Part shown: positions 29,034-38,700 of the stretch, one piece after another
Position numbering within the stretch: position 1 is the stretch's first letter
How the letters are laid out: the number at the start of each line of letters is the position of its first letter
Assembly (NCBI GenBank): GCA_035995645.1
Contig: DASYKG010000082.1
Span: 14,205-78,204 of the forward strand
Reading direction: 5' to 3'
Source: Solirubrobacteraceae bacterium
Lineage (GTDB): Bacteria > Actinomycetota > Thermoleophilia > Solirubrobacterales > Solirubrobacteraceae
DNA: 64,000 bases
Notes under the pieces: model-generated
The model's input: the letters and a program-made list of their open reading frames with translations, nothing else
The model's database searches: none
What the model was told of the DNA's origin: nothing
Position numbers and translations under genes: made by a program

Positions 29034-29372
29034 TCACGTCGTCTCTGAGGCGAGCGGTCGGCTGCTACCACCCGACCCAAAGGCCGCCTCCACAAACACC
29101 GACTCGTGCGCGCTCGGCGAGTAGTCCGCGTAGCGCTGCGTCGTTTCGATGTCCCGATGCCCCATCCAGTCCTGCAAGGTCCGCATGGGCACACCAGCGC
29201 CAGCCATCGCCGTACCGAACGTGTGGCGCAGATCGTGGAAGCGATGCGACTGCTCAAGCTGCGCGGCCTTGAGCACCCGGCGGAAGCGGCGCAGGATAGC
29301 CGCCTTGTCGAGCGGCGCCGCCGTGTGAGGATCAGCGAACACGAGAGCATCGCCACTGCTCTCCCCCGCCGC
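29034..29372 (-). pseudogene. Tyrosine integrase B, C-terminal fragment only
   Basis: LVFADP, RFHDLRHTFGT, WMGHRDIETTQRY; no upstream half. Confidence 0.88.
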
Positions 29373-29377
29373 GCGGC

Positions 29378-30169
29378 GCTGGACACCTTCGACGCCGCCG
29401 ACCTGCTCGCGTTCCGCCAGGAGCTCGTCGACGCAAAGCGTGCGCGAGCACGGTCAACCACTACCGCCGCGTCGTCCGCGGCGTCTTCGGAACCAGCCCG
29501 AGCAGCCCTGCGCTCGCCTGGCCCTGGATGACCCACAAGGTCGAGAGCGAGGGCAAGCTGCGCTTCTACACACCCGCGCAGGTCCGCAGGCTGATCGCCA
29601 AGGCCCACACGAACATGGACGCTGCGATCTACACGCTCGCAACCGAGGCTGGGCTGCGTCTGTCGGAGATCCGCGGGCTGAAGGTCGCGAACGTCGACTT
29701 CGAGGTCGGCGTGCTTCGCTTCGAGGACGGCTACACCACCAGCGGCGGGCAGGCCGGCAACAAGGGCAGGCGTGTGCGCTCCGTCCCGATGAGTGCCAAC
29801 GTGAGAGCCGCGCTCTGGCCGTTCTGCAACGGCCGCCCCGCCGAGGCGCTCGTGTTCGAACACGAGCGCAAGCCCGGCGAGCCGATCTGCGGCATCTCGA
29901 TCTGCTGGCGGTTCCTCAGCGCCTCCAAGAAAGCCGGGCTGCCGAAGCTTCGCCTGCACGACCTGCGCCACAGCTTCGGCACCCAGGCGATCCGCGTGTT
30001 CAAGATCCACGAGGTACAGCGGATGATGGGCCACCGCCACATCACCACGACCGAACGCTACCTGCACTACTCGCCCGACCCCGACGGAGCCGCCAAGCTC
30101 AGCGCGCTGTGGGCAGATCCCGGCGGCGGCGAGACAGGGGACGTGGTGCCGCTTCACCGCGCGGCGTGA
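29378..30169 (+). pseudogene. Tyrosine integrase A, N-terminally truncated and frameshifted
   Basis: Catalytic GLRLSEI, LHDLRHSFGT, MGHRHITTTERY; upstream LDTFDAADLLAFRQEL (frameshift) STVNHYRRVVRG; points at tRNA-Cys. Confidence 0.88.
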
Positions 30170-30247
30170 AGACCCGATCGCGTCGCTGGAAGCTGGCGAT
30201 CCGGCCGGCGAACAGGGGAGTGGGGTGAAGGGCCGCCTGGGCCTTAC

Positions 30248-30267
30248 GGGGCGCCTATGGGGCGCCT
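30248..30267 (-). repeat. Candidate integrase arm-binding tandem repeat (tRNA-Cys side)
   Basis: AGGCGCCCCATAGGCGCCCC on the minus strand; 19/20 identical to 46241-46260 on the plus strand. Confidence 0.7.
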
Positions 30268-30339
30268 TGACCGGGGGGCACACACCGGTCGGCAGTGTCA
30301 GCCCCTCTGGATGCCCATGTTTGCAGGCGTTTCTCAAAG

Positions 30340-30410
30340 AGGCGACGACCGGAATCGAACCGGTGTAAACGGCTTTGCAGGCCGCTGCGTAGCCACTCCG
30401 CCACGTCGCC
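30340..30410 (-). tRNA. tRNA-Cys(GCA)
   Basis: GGCGACG/CGTCGCC acceptor stem, GCGGC-CTGCAAA-GCCGT anticodon arm, TTCGATT T-loop; CCA not encoded. Confidence 0.97.
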
Positions 30411-30623
30411 AGAAGCAACGCAAGGGTATCGGGCCGTGCGGGCTCGGCCGAGGTGGCGTCAACGCGTTCGCTGGAGGTCGAGCCGGCCCGGTTTCTTACG
30501 AAGCGAGCTCCTGACCGTTATCAACCTTTTCCGCTTCCGTTAGCGGCGCTTTCGCATCGCGTTAGCGCTCGCACAGCGGCTGGTCGCAGAATGGCGTGAT
30601 CCCGCAACGACCGGAGGTCAGCC

Positions 30624-31682
30624 GTGAAACGTCTATTCGCACCCGTCCCGCTCGCAGCGATGCTCGGCGCGGCCGTCGCAAGCCTGGCGGCCGTCGTCCT
30701 CAGCGGTAGCGGCGGCTCCTCGCCGGCGAAGTCCTTGACGGCGTCGAGCGACGGCATCAAGTCGACGGGAACGCGCCGGGCGGTCGCCTCGACGGCGCTC
30801 ACGGCGACTCAGATCTACAAGCAGGCCTCCGCGGGCGTCGTCGCGATCAAGGCGGTCATGTCGCAGGGCGCCGACAGCGGCACGGGCATCGTGCTCAACG
30901 ACAAGGGCCTGATCCTCACAAACGATCATGTGGTCGCGGGGGCGAGCAGCCTGACGGTCGCGGCGAAAGGCTCGTCGAGCCTGACGCGCAGCGCGACGCT
31001 CGTCGGCGAGGAAGCCAACCAAGACCTCGCGCTGATCAAAGTCGACCCGTCGGGTCTCGGCCTCAAGCCGTTGTCCCTCGCGAGCTCGAAATCGGCACAG
31101 GTCGGCGACTCGGTGTATGCGATCGGCAATCCGTACGGCCTCGACGAGACGCTCACGCGCGGCATCGTGTCGGCTCTCGGGCGCTCGATCTCGGCGCCGA
31201 ACGGAGCGAAGATCACCGGCGCGATCCAAACCGATGCGGCGCTCAACCCGGGCAACTCTGGTGGCCCGCTGCTCAACGACGAAGGCCAGGTGATCGGCGT
31301 CAACTCGCAGATCGCCAGCCAGGCCGCGAGCGTCGGTGGCTCACAGCCGGGCAGCACGGGCGTGGGCTTCGCCGTCTCCTCGGACACGGTGGCTCAGGCG
31401 GTCAAAGCGATCGAAGCCGGCACGGGCGTTTCCTCTGGATCGACCAGCCGCAGAGCAGTCCAAGGCGAAGGCGTCCAGCGAGAAGGCGAAGGCAGCGAAT
31501 CGCAGTTGCCCTTCGGCGCTCGCCAGCGCGGCGAATCGCCGGGCGGTGTTGGCGGCGAAGCCGAATCGCGTCCTGAAAACGGCGAAGGCGGCGTCGTCGG
31601 AAGCGGCGAATCGAGAGAAGGCCTCATCGGCTCGGGTGCGCCCGGTGAAAACAGCGAAGGCCAAATCGTGATGGTGCCGTGA
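30624..31682 (+). CDS. S1C (HtrA-like) serine protease without PDZ domain
   Basis: TNDHVV, DLAL, IQTDAALNPGNSGGPL; N-terminal TM/signal; Gly/Glu-rich tail. Confidence 0.92.
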   Translation: MKRLFAPVPLAAMLGAAVASLAAVVLSGSGGSSPAKSLTASSDGIKSTGTRRAVASTALTATQIYKQASAGVVAIKAVMSQGADSGTGIVLNDKGLILTNDHVVAGASSLTVAAKGSSSLTRSATLVGEEANQDLALIKVDPSGLGLKPLSLASSKSAQVGDSVYAIGNPYGLDETLTRGIVSALGRSISAPNGAKITGAIQTDAALNPGNSGGPLLNDEGQVIGVNSQIASQAASVGGSQPGSTGVGFAVSSDTVAQAVKAIEAGTGVSSGSTSRRAVQGEGVQREGEGSESQLPFGARQRGESPGGVGGEAESRPENGEGGVVGSGESREGLIGSGAPGENSEGQIVMVP

Positions 31683-31785
31683 TGGGAGGGGAGGTCGGGT
31701 TCGCCTCCGCCCGGCCTCCCTCCGCGGCGCCGAGACGCCATTCGCCCCGACGATTTGGCGTTGATACCCTTCGGGACCGATCCCA

Positions 31786-31858
31786 GGGCGATTAGCTCAG
31801 CTGGGAGAGCGCCGCCTCGACAAGGCGGAGGTCACTGGTTCGAGCCCAGTATCGCCCA
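31786..31858 (+). tRNA. tRNA-Val(GAC)
   Basis: GGGCGAT/ATCGCCC acceptor stem, CCGCC-TCGACAA-GGCGG anticodon arm, TTCGAGC T-loop. Confidence 0.97.
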
Positions 31859-31908
31859 TCGTCGGATTTGGCTCTAGGGCGGGGGACTCCCGCCTTGAAG
31901 CCCTCGGA

Positions 31909-31927
31909 TTGGTAGCAATTTGGTAGC
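31909..31927 (+). repeat. TTGGTAGC direct repeat with 11-bp period (candidate integrase arm site)
   Basis: TTGGTAGCAATTTGGTAGC about 50 bp downstream of tRNA-Val. Confidence 0.45.
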
Positions 31928-32531
31928 GAATCGTCGCGCCTCCCAAGGACTGGCACAGCAGCTCGAACTCACGACCCCTCGGGTCCAACGACGTGAGCAA
32001 CCGATCAAGCGAGGATGGGGCAAGAACGGAACTCACTACACGAACACTGGCTCGCCGAGCTGACGGACCCGTCACCTCAGCTCCAGGTCCCAACTCGCGA
32101 CATCGGCAACCAGGTCTCTCGCTGTAAACGCATCGCCACAGATCGTTCACCCGACGTGTCCTCAGCCGAAGCTGTCCCACGAGCTTGTGCAGCAGCGAAC
32201 AACCTCGACGGACTAGATGCACGAGGGCCGTGCGGCACCCCGTCGGTACTCCCAGACGCGCTTTTGAGGGTCCTCGCGTGCCGCTGCGACACAGCAATTG
32301 CTGTGTCCTCGCACTGCTGTGCATCTAGTCTGTCCGGGGCCGATGGTGCCCTGGTGTGCGCCAGCGGGCGGGCGCGGCGATGGATGGACGCGAGAGCGTG
32401 TGCGAGCGCGAAATATCGCTGGCCAAGGTTCGTCGAGAGTCGCGGCAGGCAGTGGCTCGTGGTGCCTCGGACATGGCGAGGGTCGATGGCGGCTGGTCGA
32501 TACCGCCCGGGCTCGGGACTACCGTGATCGA

Positions 32532-33154
32532 ATGAAACCACACAGCGCCTCAGAGCAGTCCGACCACGCAGGAGTGGGTCGGAAAGCTCCTTGGCCACAT
32601 ACAGCAGGAAGAAGTTCGCCGTACCTTGCAGTTCAGGGAGTGCCAGGGGCTGACCCCGGAGCAGGTCGAGGATCTGTACCAGGACACGGTGGTTGTTCTT
32701 CTGGAGCGAGCGTTTCAGAGCGAGGAGCACCTGCGCAACGCCCTGCGGTTCGGCATTCGACGTCGCGCGCTCCACGTACATCGCGGATCGGCGGCGACGC
32801 AGTGAGATCCTCTTTGAGAATGCCGCGACGATCATGCGGGTCGTCGAGGACACTCAACGGCAGACGTGGCCGGAAGAGGCCGCTCTGAAGTCCGCCGACC
32901 TGACAATCGTCAGCAACTTCGCGTCTGAACTCGACGCCCTCGAGCGGCGCGTCTTCGCCCTGATGGCGGACGGCATGGGATACCGAGCGACCGCGAGACG
33001 CCTCGGCATCTCGGTCAACAAGGCTCGTCAGGCGTACAGATCCTACGTGCGCAAGCGGCAGCGCTTCCAGCTCCTCTACGACGCGGCTCGTTCAGGTGGC
33101 CGAGGGCACCCGCGTCTCGGCCATCGGCCAAGCAACTCAGAGCAAGCGGCGTAG
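32532..33154 (+). pseudogene. Sigma-70/ECF-like sigma factor with two frameshifts
   Basis: MKPHSASEQS (fs) ...EQVEDLYQDTVVVLL...EEHLRNALRFGIRRRALHVHR (fs) DRRRRSEIL...LDALERRVFALMADGMGYRATARRLGIS. Confidence 0.65.
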
Positions 33155-33357
33155 ACGCTCAGAGTCCAGACCGGCGTCGGTGATGATCCCAGCGAGCGTG
33201 CCCCGCTTCAGTTCTCGGTGCAGCGGAACCGTTAGAGAGATGCCGCGGTCCGGGTGCTTTAGGCGGACGTGGCTACCGCGTTGTCTGGCGGCCAGCCATC
33301 TCATTCCATTGCCTTGACGAGTCGCTGGCCCGAGACGACCGGAAGAGCGTCGCTGAC
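33137..33357 (-). pseudogene. hicA: HicA toxin (start lost, internal stop, frameshift)
   Basis: LPVVSGQRLVKAME*DGW (fs) RQRGSHVRLKHP...TVPLHRELKRGTLAGIITDAGL. Confidence 0.82.
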
Positions 33358-33578
33358 GCGGGGATCGGGAACCGACGCCGGATCACGCCCGCGTCGAAGG
33401 AGCGCTCGTCTTCGCGCAGGCCGTCGACATAAAGCTCGAGGGCCTCCTTCGCGTTCGCCGTCGCCTCCTCGAGCGTGTCACCCTGGCTGTGCAGGCCCGG
33501 CAGGTCGGGGGCGTACGCGTGGGAGCCCCCCTCCTCCTGAGGAGCGAACACAAGCTCGATCTCACGGGGGTGATCCAT
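33273..33578 (-). CDS. hicB: HicB antitoxin (probable stop loss; reads through into hicA)
   Basis: EEGGSHAYAPDLPGLHSQGDTLEEATANAKEALELY. Confidence 0.85.
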   Translation of the reverse strand: MDHPREIELVFAPQEEGGSHAYAPDLPGLHSQGDTLEEATANAKEALELYVDGLREDERSFDAGVIRRRFPIPASATLFRSSRASDSSRQWNEMAGRQTTR

Positions 33579-33698
33579 GACTAAAGGATATCGGGCGATC
33601 ATGCGGTGGCTGGCCTCCGGTTCGACGCACCGCGAACTCCGAACCCGACGTCGAAGCTCGCCCCGGCACCCGTCCATCTCGTTCAGGAACGCCGAAAA

Positions 33699-34666
33699 CT
33701 AACGGCCCATCGCCGCTGCGAGGTCAGTAGGCAGCGACGGCGGATTCTGGCTGTGCAGCATCCGATGGCAGGTCGCACAGACGATCGCAAAGTCGGTGAG
33801 CGGGTTGAGACTACGAGTCTCCGGGCCGAGCAGATGGAATGGCGTCAGATGATGGACGTCGACCGCGCGCCTGCCCATTGCCCCAAACTCCTCCGCGTAG
33901 TTCCGTCCGCAGACCTCGCAGCCGTACCCGCGAAGTTCCTTCGCGCGCCTTGCGATCGCGCCGTTCCGCCCCTCGGCGCGCCAGTGCCAGGCGTAGTGAC
34001 GACGCTCATTGCCGGCGAGCGACGAGGCGTTGAGACGATCCTCCGTTTCGTCGAGGTTCGCCACGTCGACGCCATCAGTCACCGCGTCCGACAAGCGCAA
34101 GAATTGGTTGAGCTTGGCCACAAGCACGCCGTCGTCCGGGATCTCGTTCACGGCTATGAACTCCGCCGCGACGTTCGCAACTTCATAGTCACGCGTCCGT
34201 GACGACTGGCCGACGAGACGAAGCGCGCCCACCTCAAGACCCTGAAGATCCGTCGCCGGGATGAACGTGCGCATGCGATCAGCGCCAACAAGCAGCATGT
34301 CACGCTTTCTCACCCCCCGTGCTGGCTGTGCTTCCATGATCGCCTGGATGAGCGACAAATAGACGCCGGAGCCATCTCTCTATGGAACAGGAATACCGGG
34401 TAATGCCCGTGCTGGGCGCTGTCGGCCACCCGAAGGTCAAAGACGGCTACCCAGGGCGTCTCTGACCACGTAGCTTGGCCGACGCTTCCGCGCACGAGAT
34501 ACGTATCGTCAACCGTCGTCCGAAGCACCTCGGGTAGCTCGTGGACGATTACGTGATGCAGTGGATCGGCGGCACTGACCCTTGGCGTGCTCCGCACCTG
34601 GCCCGTCAAAATGCATGCCGCTCGCAAGCGGTCGGAGAGCGGCGCCAAGCTATCTGCGGTTGCCAT
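33699..34666 (-). pseudogene. DUF3578-like N-terminus fused to McrA-like HNH endonuclease, split by a frameshift at 34375-34381
   Basis: YLVRGSVGQATWSETPWVAVFD...YPVFLFHR then DGSGVYLSLIQ in another frame; C-terminal CEVCG...VHH...CATCHRMLH. Confidence 0.7.
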
Positions 34667-34715
34667 AGCGCGCAGCCTATGCGACTGAGTGCCCTTCTCG
34701 CGCTTTTCGCTTCGT

Positions 34716-35738
34716 TCAGGAATTCTGCAGCGCGACCTGCGCTGACCGGTCCGGCAGCAGCCGACCGTCTGCGTCTGGGTGGACTCCACACACCACGAGC
34801 TGCGCACCAACGGGGAGGGCATCGACGTCGAGGCCCGCGTCGCTCAGGCGACGAATCACCACGGTGCCGTCGTGACTACCGCTAGCCTCCTCAAGCCACA
34901 CCGTCAGCCCGCCGGCTGCACTGCTTTCGGCCCTGGCGACACGGCCTCGGACGGCGCCGCGCGTCCAACTCGGCGAGATTGCCTCCCAAAACGCCGGGCA
35001 TTGGGGGGCGAACGAGCAAAATCGGCACGTGACCTCGCCGGCGTTCGCCGGCGGCACAGTTCCCGTGAGAGCCTGGTAGCCGACTAGTGATTCGACCGCC
35101 TCGTCGGCGACCCTTTCGCACGTCCCAGACTCGATGCTGACGGACACAGGTGGTCCACCGAAGCGCAGCAACACACCGCTCTCCGGCCATCGGCCAGAGC
35201 GGTCGTGCTCCAAGACTGCGTATAGCTGCAATTGGACCTGGAAGTGCGGGATAACCTCGCCGTCCTCATCGACCGTACGCCCGGTCTTGTAGTCAACTAT
35301 GACGTGTAGTCGCTCGGAGTCGATGATCAAGTCGACGACGCCGTGGATGGCGCCCTCTCTCGCGTTGAGCGCTTCCTCGCTGAGCGTGACAGCGCCGGGC
35401 CCAGCCTCGCTCGTCAGCTCGAGTATGCGGGCCACGATTCGTCTCAACCGTGCGACTGCGACACGGACGCCCCGCACCTCACGACCTGGAGCCTGCCTCT
35501 CCAGTTCCCCCACAAAGCGCTCCTCAACGAGCCAGGCGGCGTCCTCTCCCACAAGCTCTCCAAGCCTGATGCACTCGGCCAGCGCGACGTGTAGAGAGTC
35601 GCCGATAATCTGAGCGTCCGCCTTTGCCGCCGACTTCTCTGCATGTTGCTTGAATGCGACTCTGAGGGGGCATTCCGCGAGGTCTTTCAGTCGCGACGGC
35701 GAGACGGAGTTCAGAGCTAGAGCCTTCGGCAGGGTCAT
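34716..35738 (-). CDS. PD-(D/E)XK nuclease, Cas4/AddB-like with four-Cys cluster
   Basis: ECPLR, GVVDLII, VDYKTG, QLQLYA, CRFCSFAPQC; ATGA-coupled to the helicase. Confidence 0.88.
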   Translation of the reverse strand: MTLPKALALNSVSPSRLKDLAECPLRVAFKQHAEKSAAKADAQIIGDSLHVALAECIRLGELVGEDAAWLVEERFVGELERQAPGREVRGVRVAVARLRRIVARILELTSEAGPGAVTLSEEALNAREGAIHGVVDLIIDSERLHVIVDYKTGRTVDEDGEVIPHFQVQLQLYAVLEHDRSGRWPESGVLLRFGGPPVSVSIESGTCERVADEAVESLVGYQALTGTVPPANAGEVTCRFCSFAPQCPAFWEAISPSWTRGAVRGRVARAESSAAGGLTVWLEEASGSHDGTVVIRRLSDAGLDVDALPVGAQLVVCGVHPDADGRLLPDRSAQVALQNS

Positions 35739-38700
35739 CCGCCTGCTGCGATCTTGCCGGGCCGACGCAGCAGGTCGAACGACGAGACAATCTCAAGGGA
35801 CCCCAAGCCGCTCACTAGGGCACGATCCTCGGCGTCAGCCGCCGCAAGTGAAAGCCTATTCGACCAGAAGCTTTCGTCAGGATTCTCCATTGGGTGGTTC
35901 ACCAGGATCGAGCGACCATAAAACCGGATGAGCCATACATCGCCGTCTAGCTGCTCACACTCAGCGTCAAACGCGGTCGCGAAGGCACGAGCAACGTCGG
36001 CCTCCATCTCGGCCCAGCGACTAGTGTCGAGGTCCCTCCCCCGAGCGAGGTCGACCCAGTCTCGTGCCAACCGCCAGTCGAGCAGCGCGTGGTAGGCCTG
36101 GTTCTCGTACGCCCGGAGGCAGCCATAGCAGGACGAGTCGCATCGGTGACGCTCTTCGTCCTCAAGCTCTGTTAGGTAGGCACCGGTGGACTCGATGAGC
36201 TTGGTTAGCTCGGAGTGGCTGCCGAGGTGCGTGCAGTACCCCGCGCCGTTCTCAAGCGCATCCGCGAGGAATATCCACCCGCGCGCCGCCTGTCCGGGAC
36301 GCGGCTCGAACCACAACCCGACCCGCAGCTCCCGACCCTGGACGTCGAGCTGTCGCGCTGCCGCTTCGCGGACCAGGAACCCGGCCGAGTAGAGCGTCGC
36401 CCGGGCGGCTACGCCGGACTCGAGCCGCGATGGGTCAAGCAGGAGCTTTGAAGGCACGTCGACAGGCGAGAGGAGCAGCGTATCCGTGCGGAACCTCGAA
36501 CCGAGTGCGACGGTAACGGTTGCATCGTCTCGAAGGTCTGGAATCCGGTATTGCCGAGCGCTGGCTTCCTTTAGGTCAACGGAGAACCACCCGTTGATGT
36601 TGCTATTGACGGCTGGCGCCAAGCGAAAGCCAGCACCACTGTTGTCGTTCAACACGTAGAGGTAGTCTGCACCGACTCTCGCTTCCAGGTTGTCTACCTC
36701 GACAACTCGCGAGACCGCGCCTGGCACCAATCGGCCACCGGATGCCGCCGGTCTCCACTCGAACTGGCCGTCGTAGTTGCGCGGCCGCATATCCGTAATG
36801 AAGCCTTCGGGCTGCCTCAGTGTGATGGGACCGAAGCGCGGATCCGTCTCGCCGCAGACCGGACACGCCTGTGGCGCCCCCTCCGCGAGTGGCTCGACGT
36901 GCAGACAGGCGCGGCAGTAAAGAAGTTCCTCCTGTGGTCCGAGCGGATCCTCGTGATACTGCCATCGTCCACCGTAGAGCTCCCAGGCGCCGATGCCGAC
37001 CGCGGTATGGACCGCCTTGTCCTTCGGCGTCTCGGCACCCGGCGCGAACTGACTAACGGCGATCTCGATGTCCCGATCGATCACACCCTTGGGTGGCAAG
37101 GATCGTCCTTTCGGGTAGTCGTGATACAGGTATCGCACACGGGTCGGAAAACCGAACATTGGGAGCAAGCCACCCTCGGCCAGTGCCTGGCTAAGGTCGG
37201 CGTCCGCGTGATTCGCCTCGGCGATTTGGTCGACCGCGTCGAGCATGTCCGTGCCGGTCCAGGCCATCAGCGTTGCGGCCTGAGACTCAAGGTCGCTCCC
37301 CTCGAGCAGCGCCGCGACAGCCGCCTGGATCGCTGCGGCGTGGGTGCTGACCCAATCACGCACGAAGCTGCCGTGACCGCGTCCACCGCCTTGGGCGCGC
37401 CACCTGCCGCACGCACCAAACTGACCGTGCACATTAGAACCGAGTTCGACTTCGTCCTCGAGGCTTAGCTGCCAAAATGCCTGGCGCAATACCTCGCTTG
37501 CAAGGACACGTTGCAGGATCTCCGGGCGCGACAGATCGATGTATGGCGCCGGAGGCGGGTCACCCGTGATCTTCTCCGGGTGATCGAAGTAATAGTCGTC
37601 ATGACTCCGCCCACGGCAGACCGTCAACGCGAGCGCAAGTGGGTCACCTCGGCGTCCCGCCCGGCCAACCCGCTGCTGGTAGTTGAAGCGCATGGGCGGC
37701 ATGTTGGCCATCATCACGCCGCGCAGTGCGCCAATGTCGACGCCAACCTCCATGGTCGTGGTAACGGAGAGCAAATCGATCGCAGTGACCAACTCCTGCT
37801 CGTCATTCAAGAAGACGCCCTGAAACGCGCGCTGGCGCCGAGCGGACTCATCGCGTCCGGTTTGTCCGGTCAGCTCCTCGCAGTGAAGTCGAAAGGGGTC
37901 GCCGGCCTCGGTCGCCAACCATGCGTAATAGTTTTCCCCGGTCGCGGTCCGCGACACCGGATCGCCGAGTGGTCGGTTGCAGTAGGTACAAATTCCGCCA
38001 GCTGAGTGCAGATGCACCCGGCTACAGTTGTCGCATCGCCACTGCAGTTGACCGCCCGGCTTGATCCACAGTGCGTGGCGCTCAAGCAGCCAGCTTTGGA
38101 GTTGGTCCCCGAGACTCGAGCTTAGGCGCTCAATGAGCACCTCCTGCGGGACTCCGTGCCGATCGCCGACAGCCGTCAACCACCGCCGCAAATAGCCTGG
38201 CGGCGCATCGTTTGGGTTTCTCAGGCCGGTGAACCGCCGCCGCTGGCCCAGGATCCGCAGTGCGCCGGCGACGACGTCCGCGAACGCGTCCTCTGACATG
38301 CCGGGAGGCGTGCTCAGCCTGAGCGCCGGATCGGGTGCAGTGTGTGCGAGGCTGATCGACTCGATATCGCGGCTGCTCCCGGAGAACATCGAGTTCACGA
38401 TTTCCTCGAGCATGGCTGTGTCGATCTCCTCGCGCAGTTCGACCGCCTCCTGATCAAGTTCGGCCTGCGGCTTAGCTCGAGGCGGCGACACGTTCCAGTC
38501 GTAGATGGTGTGCCACGGGTGTTCGCGACCGCTTCCATATCCGCTCAGGCTGTAGGTGGGGCCAGCTGGGTTGATCCCGAGGCGGAGCAGCGCGCGGGCC
38601 GCCTCTCGCTGGAGGCTAGGCAGCTGTGTCGCCCCCGAGGAAAGGCGGACTAGCGCTCGTTGCGCTAGGTCCAGGTCCGAGAGCTCAAGCGGAAACCCTC

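Noticed and set aside
28790-30418. 542-aa minus-strand ORF in the track
   Set aside because: It reads through tRNA-Cys and antisense to integrase A; a shadow frame with no protein motifs.
31930-32030. Minus-strand LDRLLTSLDPRGREFELLCQ resembling a restriction-helicase N-terminus
   Set aside because: Too short, no start context; cannot be supported without a search.
34716-35738. Cas4-like nuclease as evidence of a CRISPR-Cas system
   Set aside because: No cas1, cas2 or repeat-spacer array in the window; the fold is widespread outside CRISPR.
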